A DNA stretch of 31,949 nucleotides from Clostridia bacterium (lineage in GTDB: Bacteria > Bacillota > Clostridia > Oscillospirales > CAG-272). The stretch spans positions 1 to 31,949 of the forward strand of contig CAAGKS010000008.1 of NCBI GenBank assembly GCA_900770605.1, in the 5' to 3' direction. This document shows, piece by piece, positions 9,118-17,272 of the stretch (position 1 is its first letter; the number at the start of each line of letters is the position of its first letter). The notes beneath the pieces are model-generated. The model made no database searches, was not told the DNA's origin, and saw only the letters and a program-made list of their open reading frames with translations. Position numbers and translations under genes: made by a program.

Positions 9118-9146
9118 TTGTTTTTTGACGGTAAATATGTTACAAT
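9118..9146 (+). promoter_or_regulatory. Putative promoter of the nuclease gene
   Basis: TTGTTT-17 nt-TACAAT with a TG extension and an AT-rich upstream region. Confidence 0.5.
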
Positions 9147-9195
9147 AGTGAGTGCTATGATGCAAATCATTAAATTCAGAAAAGGAGATCATTTC

Positions 9196-12100
9196 ATGAA
9201 TCAAATGACCAAGCGCAGTCTGGCATTGCTTATGGTACTCGTAATGTGCATAAGCCTGATACCCGTACTGCATTTTGAAGCGAGTGCCGCCAATGTTACT
9301 TACACATATGACAGCACAGGTAAATACCTCTACAACTGGGGAACTCGCGGAACAACAGCTACATTCCTCTCCCCTAATGCAGAAGCATTCTACACATCTG
9401 GCAACACCTATGACGTTCTTTCCTCTTATTCGGGCGGAACGAGCGCGTCAAACGCTAACAACAGCGCTCTTTACAGAGAGCTCAAAGAGCTGATGACGGA
9501 AAATCACGACCACATAACCAACTACAACGAAACAAGAGACCTTTACAAATACACCGACTGTCAGAACGGCGGCGGAAAAATCTCCTGCTTCTACACGGGC
9601 AAGGAAATCGGACCTGGCTGGGACGGCGGAGCTACCTGGAACCGTGAGCACACCTGGCCCAACAGTAAGGGACTTAATGGCAGCGACGAGAATGACATTA
9701 TGATGCTCCGTCCTACCGATGCAAATACCAACTCCTCACGTGGCAACAAGGCATACGGCGAGGGAACGGGATATTATAATCCCAACAGCGCGTCGAACGG
9801 TCAGCACAACGTTCACGGCGACGTAGCGCGTATAGTACTGTACGTTTACGTTCGTTGGGGCAACACTAACCTTTGGGGCACGGGCGGCGTTATAGAGAGC
9901 CTTGACATTCTTCTTGAATGGATGGAAGAGGATCCCGTTGACACCTGGGAGCTCGGACGTAACGATGCGGTTGAGGCGATCACAGGCACTCGTAACGTAT
10001 TCGTTGACTACCCTGAGTTTGCTTTCCTCCTTTTCGGTGAGGATATCCCCTCAGATATGGATACTCCCTCCGGCGAGGCTTCCGAAAACTGCGGACACAA
10101 CAATTTCGGCGCGGGCGTTGTTACAGCGGCTACCTGCACAACAAACGGCTACACGCTTTACACCTGCAAGACCTCGGGCTGTAATTACAGCTACAAGGCA
10201 AACACCACCGCAGCTCTCGGACACAGCTACACATCAGGCACCTGCACAAGATGCGGCGCGGCAGAGCCCGTTGCTCCCGCTGAGCCCACGTTCGTGACAG
10301 AGATCACTCCCGGTACTCCCTACAAGCTCGGCTTATTCTCTACCGACAAGAGCGCTGAATATTACTTCACAGGTACTATGAGCGGCTACTACGGCGCAAC
10401 GGATACCGACTACACAAAGGGCGTCGACGTATATGCCGAGCAGACCACAGGCGGCTACTACTTGTATTTCAACAATGCTAACGGACAAAAGCAATATATA
10501 AATCTCGTCCTTAGCGGCACGTATTATAACTTCACGTTCTCCTCCACGGCTACCTCGGTATTCGTTTGGGACGCTGACAAGAGCTCCTTCCACACCACCC
10601 TTGCGGATGAGATATGCTACATCGGTACTTACGGAGCTTACGTAACGATGGGAGTTCTCCGCACCTCAAAGCTTCAGGATACCGACTACATCGCCCGTTT
10701 CTATACAACGAGCGGCGGCTCTTCCTCAGGCGGAAGTGACGATATCTGTCAGCACAATTACAACGCGGTAGTAACCGCTCCCACCTGTACAAAGGGCGGA
10801 TACACGACCTACACCTGCACACTTTGCAACGACGTATATACTGGCAACAACACCCCCGCAACAGGCCACAGCTACCAGAACGACGCTTGTACCGCTTGCG
10901 GCGCGGCTAAGCCCAGCGAGGATAGCGCAACCATTACCTTTGACGCCGACAAGACTAATCGTACCGAATACACATCAACTGTTCAGATATGGAGTCAGAA
11001 CGGCATAACGGTAACCAACAACAAGGCTGCCTCGACGAGCAACGTAGGCGACTACTCCAATCCCGCCCGCTTCTACAAGAGCTCCGAGGTCATCATATCC
11101 TTCAAGGGTATGACCAAGGTAGTGATCGATTGCTCCGGTCTTGAAGCAAAATATGTTAATCCTTGGTTGACGCCCGACAACGGCTCGGCAACAGAGGAAG
11201 ATAAGATCGTCACCATCGTATTTGATTCCCCCGTTGACACACTTACGTTCTCTCAGCTCTCTGCTCAGGCGCGCGCGAAATCCATAACCGTATATTCAGC
11301 GTCCGGTGAGCAGGCTCCCTGCACTCACTCCGTTACTACCATCGTTGGAGCTGTTGCCGCTACCTGCACTTCCGCAGGACACACAGGCAAGACAGTTTGC
11401 GCGAACTGTAACGAAGTTATCAACACAGGAAGCACGATAACAAAGAAGCCTCACGCCGAGGTATCTCACGCGGCAAAGGCTCCTACCTGTACTGAAAAGG
11501 GCTGGAACGCTTACGTGACCTGCTCTAACTGCAGCTACTCCACATACACCGAGCTTCCTGCAGCACACAGCCTGGTTTCCCACGCGGCAAAGACTCCTAC
11601 CTGTACTGAAAAGGGTTGGAACGCATATAAGACCTGTAACAACTGCAATTATACCACTTATTCCGAGCTTTCCATGACCGATCACACTCCCGGCGATTGG
11701 ATCATAGATAGCGAGCCTACTCTTGAGGCGGCAGGATCAAAGCACAAGGAATGCACCGCGTGCGGCAAGACCACCGAAACTCAGGTCATTCCCTCTCTTA
11801 CCCACCACTATGATAACGGCGTAGTAACAGCTCCAACCTGTACCGAGCAGGGATACACCACCTACACGTGTACTGACGAGGGCTGCGAACACTCCTACAA
11901 GGACAACTACGTTACCGCAGCAGGACACACCGAGGTCGCTCACGATGCAAAGGCTCCCACCTGTACTGAAAAGGGCTGGGACGCTTACGTGACCTGTGAA
12001 AACTGTGACTACACCACTTACTCCGAAATGAATGCAACAGGACACACCGAGGTCGCTCACGATGCAAAGGCTCCCACCTGTACCGAAAAGGGCTGGGACG

Positions 12101-12642
12101 CTTACGTGACCTGTGATAACTGTGACTACACGACTTACTCCGAGCTTGCCGCTACGGATCATAGCCTGATCAATCACGAGGGCAAGGTTCCCACCTGTAC
12201 GGAGATCGGCTGGGACTTCTACGTAACCTGCGAGAACTGCGATTACACGACCTACGTTGAAGGCGCGGCAACAGGACACGATTTCGATGATTGGGCAGTA
12301 TCCACCGCTCCTACCTGCACTTCCGCAGGCGAAGAGCACAGAGACTGCAAGAACTGTGATCTGTGCGAGACCAGAGAGCTTGCTCAGCTCGACCACAAGG
12401 ACGAGGATGGCGACAAGACCTGTGACCTCTGCGGAAAGCAGGACGAAACCACCAATCCCCCTGCGGATGACAACAACAACGATAACAGCGAAAATGAAAA
12501 CGAAAACGGCGCAAACAGCGGCGAAACTCCCGAGGAAGAAAAGAAATCCGGCTGTGGAAGCGTTATCTACGGTTCTTCTATGATCATAGTTGCGATTATA
12601 GGCGCGGCTGTTACAATGCTTGCAAAGAAGAAAAGAGACTGA
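9196..12642 (+). CDS. Secreted, C-terminally membrane-anchored endonuclease I family (His-Me finger) nuclease with Cys/His-rich repeats
   Basis: Signal peptide (ending ASA); nuclease motifs WNREHTWPNS, NSSRGNK, GDVARIVLY and RNVFVDYPE; about 10 [AP]TCT...CxxC repeats; acidic linker; C-terminal TM plus KKKRD. AAGGAG supports ATG 9196. Confidence 0.88.
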   Translation: MNQMTKRSLALLMVLVMCISLIPVLHFEASAANVTYTYDSTGKYLYNWGTRGTTATFLSPNAEAFYTSGNTYDVLSSYSGGTSASNANNSALYRELKELMTENHDHITNYNETRDLYKYTDCQNGGGKISCFYTGKEIGPGWDGGATWNREHTWPNSKGLNGSDENDIMMLRPTDANTNSSRGNKAYGEGTGYYNPNSASNGQHNVHGDVARIVLYVYVRWGNTNLWGTGGVIESLDILLEWMEEDPVDTWELGRNDAVEAITGTRNVFVDYPEFAFLLFGEDIPSDMDTPSGEASENCGHNNFGAGVVTAATCTTNGYTLYTCKTSGCNYSYKANTTAALGHSYTSGTCTRCGAAEPVAPAEPTFVTEITPGTPYKLGLFSTDKSAEYYFTGTMSGYYGATDTDYTKGVDVYAEQTTGGYYLYFNNANGQKQYINLVLSGTYYNFTFSSTATSVFVWDADKSSFHTTLADEICYIGTYGAYVTMGVLRTSKLQDTDYIARFYTTSGGSSSGGSDDICQHNYNAVVTAPTCTKGGYTTYTCTLCNDVYTGNNTPATGHSYQNDACTACGAAKPSEDSATITFDADKTNRTEYTSTVQIWSQNGITVTNNKAASTSNVGDYSNPARFYKSSEVIISFKGMTKVVIDCSGLEAKYVNPWLTPDNGSATEEDKIVTIVFDSPVDTLTFSQLSAQARAKSITVYSASGEQAPCTHSVTTIVGAVAATCTSAGHTGKTVCANCNEVINTGSTITKKPHAEVSHAAKAPTCTEKGWNAYVTCSNCSYSTYTELPAAHSLVSHAAKTPTCTEKGWNAYKTCNNCNYTTYSELSMTDHTPGDWIIDSEPTLEAAGSKHKECTACGKTTETQVIPSLTHHYDNGVVTAPTCTEQGYTTYTCTDEGCEHSYKDNYVTAAGHTEVAHDAKAPTCTEKGWDAYVTCENCDYTTYSEMNATGHTEVAHDAKAPTCTEKGWDAYVTCDNCDYTTYSELAATDHSLINHEGKVPTCTEIGWDFYVTCENCDYTTYVEGAATGHDFDDWAVSTAPTCTSAGEEHRDCKNCDLCETRELAQLDHKDEDGDKTCDLCGKQDETTNPPADDNNNDNSENENENGANSGETPEEEKKSGCGSVIYGSSMIIVAIIGAAVTMLAKKKRD
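11921..12154 (+). repeat. Intragenic 117-bp tandem duplication (39-aa Cys/His repeat)
   Basis: Copies start at 11921 and 12038, with 3 mismatches in the first 106 nt. More diverged copies lie near 11450-11670 and 12160-12280. Confidence 0.9.
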
Positions 12643-12704
12643 TCGGTCCACAGAACAGATCTGCTCTTTGAGCATCCGAATAAAAACGGATAGATAAAAA
12701 AAGC

Positions 12705-12735
12705 GCTCCGCGCCCGAGATCACCGGGCGCGGAGC
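12705..12735. terminator. GC-rich hairpin, probable terminator
   Basis: GCTCCGCGCCCG-agatcac-CGGGCGCGGAGC between convergent genes. An A-run just upstream gives a U-tract on the minus strand. Confidence 0.65.
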
Positions 12736-12782
12736 TTAAATTTTGCGCTGCAAAAGATCAACAGTCCATCAGCGGCAAAACC

Positions 12783-12821
12783 AAAAGGCGTTTGGGAGAA
12801 GCTCCCAAACGCCTTTATTTT
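12783..12821. terminator. Bidirectional intrinsic terminator
   Basis: AAAGGCGTTTGGGAG-aag-CTCCCAAACGCCTTT directly after the stop of the minus-strand lipoprotein. Confidence 0.85.
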
Positions 12822-12825
12822 ATTA

Positions 12826-15042
12826 TCAGTTGTGATAGAATTCGAATACAACGGAGAGACCGCCCTGAGTAAGAGTAACGGTTTCAGCAGCCTGGAATGC
12901 AGCCACGAGAGCAGCGTGCTCCGGAACTGTTCCAAGCGCGTTGCCTGCGAGGTCTACGAAGGTAACGCCGTTGAAGTAGATCGTGTATGCCATTCCGCTT
13001 TCATCGTAAACTGTGAAGAAAGGAGGCATCTGCGCGCCTGCCGACTGAGCGTACTCGGAAATACCCTTAATGGTTGCCCAGTGTATATTTTCAGCGCTGA
13101 GAGTTCTATCCATTCCGCTGCCGTCTACAAAGAGCTGACCCTGAGCGGAAATACCTGTGATGATCTGAGCCGCATCGCTACCATTTGCCATAAGAGCACC
13201 TGTAATGTTCATCTTATTAGCAGAGTCAACGTACGTGCCGAGTCCTGCCTGACCAAGCGCAGCTCCAAGGCTCTTGATGCCGCCAACGATGGTATTTGCG
13301 CCAACTGCGGTGAACCAGATCTCAGTTCCCTCTACGTTCGTCTTGATCAAGGAATTGGTAGTAATAACGGTGGGATGCCAGTTTTCATCGGCAAGGCTCT
13401 GCGCGATAATAACAGGACCGCCGCAGCCTTCAACGTAAGAATCCTCAAACGTAAGAGTGGCCGCGCCCCATACGAAAGCGGCGTTCTGATAAGTGTCAAA
13501 GCACTTTGCATTGCTTACGTGCATCTTTCCAAGATCGGCAAAGTAAGTGATAAAGTAAGAGTTTCCGATAATGTTATCCATTGTAACAGTTGCGGAGCAT
13601 CTTGACTTGCAGAATATCAAGCCGCCTGCAGATGCAAGGTTTTCGTTAGCATCGATGAGGTAATCTCTCTTAGCGTTACCTATCAAGGAAAGGTTGGAGA
13701 TCGTGTAATTGAAGGAATTCAAGGGGTACGGATTAGCATCAAATTCCTCGTTAGAGAGCTGAGAGCTGAAGGCAAAGAGTGTAACGTTGGAGAAGTCACT
13801 CTTATAGTCCTTCTCTGCATCAGGTCCGAACACTGCGGGAGAAGCAACGAGCGGGAAGTCGCTTGTATCGAGAAGGAAGAAGTTACCCTCGATCACGAAT
13901 GCTGTACCGCGGCGATCGTAGATCTCGATCTCGTCCTTGATGAACTTTGTTCCTGCGGGAACTGTAACCGTGGAGTTATCTATCGTATTGGTATATACTA
14001 CCTCTTTGTCGGTCGTATAAAGATAGCTCTGAGGAATATCGTCTGCCGTTACCTTGATGTTGTTGTGAAGAACGATGCCGGAAACGTCAACGCCGAGCAA
14101 GCCGTACTCTGCCTTGATCTCATTCCAAGCGGTGTCATAGTTATCAACAACGGAGAGCTGCCAAGCCTCGTAAACGTTATACGCCTTGATGACGTTCGCT
14201 ACGAGAGTAACGGGAGCAAAGGGAGTTGTTGCGGTGTAGTACTCCTCTGAGGGAAGCACGGCGATCTTAACCTTGCTGCCTGCGGCCTCGGGTGAGAACT
14301 GATAAACGCCCTTGTAGGTATCTACGGTTGCGATAGTTGTCTGTCCGTCTGCGTAAGTAACTGTGTTATTCTCTCCGGCGGTCTTGGTAAGAGCAACGAA
14401 CTCGCCGTTCTTCTCAACGTAGATCTCAACTACGGAGTAGAAGGAATCAAGCTCGATAACGGCATCGCCGTCCTCGGAAAGAACTGCAAACTGAGGATTA
14501 AGCTTGAACTCGTTTTCGTTACCGATAACGTAAGTCTTGCCACCAACTGCAAACTGTCCGAAGAAGCCTGACTCGCCGTACTCGGTCTGACCTGCTGTGG
14601 AGTTGTTGCTATCAAACTGTGTCAGTGACGAGGGCTTTTCAAACTGAACTGCAAGAAGCGGATCGGTGTTATCGCCCATCTGAGGCTCTTTGCTGACCTT
14701 GATAATGATCTTGGTCTCCTGCTTTACGTTAAGGTGAGGATCGTTAAAGGATACGATAACCTCCTTATCACCCTCAGTAGCGGTTATATCCTCCGCATAG
14801 GTGATCGTAAGCTCATCATATGTGTATATCTTATTCAGATTTTCATCGGAATACTTTGCGATAGCCTTGATACCGGAGAAATCGATCTCTTCACCAATAA
14901 GATAATTGGTCTTGATAGAGGTGCGGTCAACGGTAAAGGATTCAAGCTTCAATGCGCCGTCCTTTTTACACGCCACAAACGAAAGCGCCAGAACTAAGGC
15001 TGCTAAGATGAGAATGATTTTGGCAAATTTGCGAAGTTTCAT
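12826..15042 (-). CDS. Large uncharacterised lipoprotein with an N-terminal bacterial Ig-like domain and a probable beta-helix C-terminal region
   Basis: Lipobox FVAC. KTNYLIGEEIDFSGIKAIAKYSD resembles Big_3-type Ig repeats. The C-terminal half has periodic short beta strands (ISNLSLIGN, VTMDNIIGN, MHVSNAKC, LTFEDSYVEGCGGPVII). GGAGG RBS. Confidence 0.75.
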   Translation of the reverse strand: MKLRKFAKIILILAALVLALSFVACKKDGALKLESFTVDRTSIKTNYLIGEEIDFSGIKAIAKYSDENLNKIYTYDELTITYAEDITATEGDKEVIVSFNDPHLNVKQETKIIIKVSKEPQMGDNTDPLLAVQFEKPSSLTQFDSNNSTAGQTEYGESGFFGQFAVGGKTYVIGNENEFKLNPQFAVLSEDGDAVIELDSFYSVVEIYVEKNGEFVALTKTAGENNTVTYADGQTTIATVDTYKGVYQFSPEAAGSKVKIAVLPSEEYYTATTPFAPVTLVANVIKAYNVYEAWQLSVVDNYDTAWNEIKAEYGLLGVDVSGIVLHNNIKVTADDIPQSYLYTTDKEVVYTNTIDNSTVTVPAGTKFIKDEIEIYDRRGTAFVIEGNFFLLDTSDFPLVASPAVFGPDAEKDYKSDFSNVTLFAFSSQLSNEEFDANPYPLNSFNYTISNLSLIGNAKRDYLIDANENLASAGGLIFCKSRCSATVTMDNIIGNSYFITYFADLGKMHVSNAKCFDTYQNAAFVWGAATLTFEDSYVEGCGGPVIIAQSLADENWHPTVITTNSLIKTNVEGTEIWFTAVGANTIVGGIKSLGAALGQAGLGTYVDSANKMNITGALMANGSDAAQIITGISAQGQLFVDGSGMDRTLSAENIHWATIKGISEYAQSAGAQMPPFFTVYDESGMAYTIYFNGVTFVDLAGNALGTVPEHAALVAAFQAAETVTLTQGGLSVVFEFYHN

Positions 15043-15047
15043 TTTTC

Positions 15048-15569
15048 TTAATCCTCCTGAATATTAGGGTCTGTATTTTTAGGAATTCTTCCCATTATAA
15101 CGACCTGCGTGCTCTTGTTGGAGCCGTCGATCGCTTTGATGGTAACAGTAATAGCGCGGTTAGGCTGCAGGAATACGAAGGTCCTGGAGATCTCGTGGAA
15201 TACCACAACTCCCTCCATAGCGTCCTTGTCATACTCGAAAATTACTCCCGTTTCATCTGCAAGATGAGGAAATACCTCATAATTGATCTGAACCGCGTTG
15301 GGATTTTGGACGATACTTTCGTCATCAGTCGTATAAGGCTCGTCCTCAGGCGCCGAAATGAAATCGAACATAAACAACGGCTTTCCGTCAAGGTTTTGCT
15401 TTGGATCAAGCGTAACGGGCTCCTGATTGTGAATCGTTATAGACTCACAGTAGATCTCGTCAACGTAAGTAATACCGTCAAAGACCTTGATCTCAAGTCC
15501 GAAGAAGTTAACGACAGCGATCGACGCTATATATACTACAAGGATAACGATAACTATAGTCTTCTTCAT
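15048..15569 (-). CDS. Membrane-anchored hypothetical protein with a probable Ig-like domain
   Basis: N-terminal hydrophobic helix. YEVFPHLAD and ITVTIKAIDGSNKS resemble Big_2-type strands. The start overlaps the upstream stop (TAATG). Confidence 0.75.
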   Translation of the reverse strand: MKKTIVIVILVVYIASIAVVNFFGLEIKVFDGITYVDEIYCESITIHNQEPVTLDPKQNLDGKPLFMFDFISAPEDEPYTTDDESIVQNPNAVQINYEVFPHLADETGVIFEYDKDAMEGVVVFHEISRTFVFLQPNRAITVTIKAIDGSNKSTQVVIMGRIPKNTDPNIQED

Positions 15570-17272
15570 TATTGCTTCTCCTTGTAAAACGCTTTGATTT
15601 TAGAAAGATACGTAAATATCTTCAAGCCTGCGAACAGGATAGATGCGATAGCGAGCTTCGTCCACGCTCCGAAGTCGGGGCGAGATGACAAAAACAATGC
15701 GATCACGAACACAACGGCGGAAATGATTATCGCCGATATACCTGCGTGAGACTCGTTAGGATTGTTGGACTGTGCGCTGAACGTGGCGTACTGCTTGTAC
15801 TGAGGGTTCATGATATCGCTCTCTGCGCAAGAGAACAGATGCGCTACGTAAACGCCGTAGATAAGTATCGCTATCTTTATAGCATCAGGCGCGGTAAGCC
15901 CCGATTCGATAGCAAAGATATTTACTGAGAATATAACTCCCGCAAGCGCGATGATCATCGGGAACACCAGCTTTGACACCAGAAGCTTTGCATAAGGAGC
16001 AGGCTGCACCTTATTGAGATACGAGCTTGCGCCGTCTCGGCTGTAAACCGAAGCTATATCAATGTTGGTCATAAGCAGCAAAAGCAGCATGATGACTACG
16101 TTGAAGCAAATGGTCATCTGAGTACCGAGGAAACGCGTGTTCATTGCGGAATAAAGCTTATTGAGCAGATATATCGCCATAGGCATAGCGACTATGAGGA
16201 TAGCTCCAAGCTTGATAAAGGAATTGGAACGAAGTCCAACGATAAATTCCTTCTTGATAGCGGATATAAAGGGTGTGAGCTTTGCATTCTTCTTCTCATT
16301 GATAGAGTTCTTCTTCTTGAACTCAAAGGGAGTTGACGCCATGCGGTAGAACAACGGCTTTGAGCAAACGAAGCACAAAAGAAGCAGTAGGACGCCTGCG
16401 CCTATCAACACCAGAAGACTGATAAGCGTCTTGGAATGGAAAATAACGCTTGAAAGTCCAACCGTCTTACCCACGATCAGCTCGGTGAATGCATAAAGCG
16501 GAGCAAAGGTACGCGTGTAATTCGAGAGGAACTCCTGAATGTCCCAATAGGTCTCGCCCCAGGTCTCAATAAAGTTTATATTCTCAGGCACAAGTCCGAT
16601 CAGATCCCACAAAAGAAGTATCGCGCTCGATGCAAGTGCAATATAGAGGATATACTGTATCACCTTGAAGCGATTGAGAAAGATATAGGCGAACATTGCG
16701 GGGATGGATATGAGCGCCGCCGCAAGAACGGGAATTACCGAGATAAGCGCAAACATAAGGATAAGCCAAGGGTAATAATACAGAGCGTATCCCTTCACTA
16801 TTCCGTATGCGATAAACATCGGAATGGTAAACATAAAGCTCTTTCTGAACTCGTAAACGTAATAGGTTGCGAGCTTAGAGAAGAAAACGAGCGATGAGGT
16901 TGCAGGGAAAGTCAATATCAGCGCGTTGTCGCCCGAGAAATACAAGGACTTTACAAGTCCTATCGTGTCCGTGACAAGCGACAGCAGCAGCATTATTGAA
17001 AACACAAGCGATATTACCGAAACGGGAATATCGTGTACGAGCGAAAACAGTCCAAGCAGCTTTATAAAATAGAATATGACTGCAATGACCGCCGTGATTG
17101 CAACGAATTCGATCAACAGCCAGACTATTTTAAAGATCAGACTTCTGAGCGAGCTTGTATATCCCAAGTCCATTTTTTCCTTGAGCTGCATCTTGACGAG
17201 CGTTTTGAGCGCTCGGAAGCTCTCGGAAAAGGACTCGAAAAAGCCGCTCTTCTTTACCTTGTTCGTAGTCAT
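15569..17272 (-). CDS. Multi-pass ABC transporter permease (exporter-like)
   Basis: 567 aa with many hydrophobic segments in two similar halves (LYFSGDNALILTFP...FFSKL and YSRDGASSYLNKVQP...LVSKL). ATGA overlap with the ATPase gene. Confidence 0.8.
   Translation of the reverse strand: MTTNKVKKSGFFESFSESFRALKTLVKMQLKEKMDLGYTSSLRSLIFKIVWLLIEFVAITAVIAVIFYFIKLLGLFSLVHDIPVSVISLVFSIMLLLSLVTDTIGLVKSLYFSGDNALILTFPATSSLVFFSKLATYYVYEFRKSFMFTIPMFIAYGIVKGYALYYYPWLILMFALISVIPVLAAALISIPAMFAYIFLNRFKVIQYILYIALASSAILLLWDLIGLVPENINFIETWGETYWDIQEFLSNYTRTFAPLYAFTELIVGKTVGLSSVIFHSKTLISLLVLIGAGVLLLLLCFVCSKPLFYRMASTPFEFKKKNSINEKKNAKLTPFISAIKKEFIVGLRSNSFIKLGAILIVAMPMAIYLLNKLYSAMNTRFLGTQMTICFNVVIMLLLLLMTNIDIASVYSRDGASSYLNKVQPAPYAKLLVSKLVFPMIIALAGVIFSVNIFAIESGLTAPDAIKIAILIYGVYVAHLFSCAESDIMNPQYKQYATFSAQSNNPNESHAGISAIIISAVVFVIALFLSSRPDFGAWTKLAIASILFAGLKIFTYLSKIKAFYKEKQ

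Noticed and set aside
9115..9195. Upstream start extensions in the ORF track (also 313, 3675, 4252, 21408, 21703)
   Set aside because: Downstream ATGs have well-spaced SD sequences, and several extensions overlap predicted promoters.
11440..12290. Repeats as a CRISPR array or a diversity-generating retroelement TR/VR pair
   Set aside because: The repeats are in-frame coding units without spacers, mismatches are not adenine-specific (T/C, A/T, C/G), and no cas or reverse transcriptase gene is in the window.
10090..12440. Multiheme cytochrome interpretation of the Cys/His repeats
   Set aside because: The CxxC pairs are not followed by His, so there is no CxxCH heme-binding motif.
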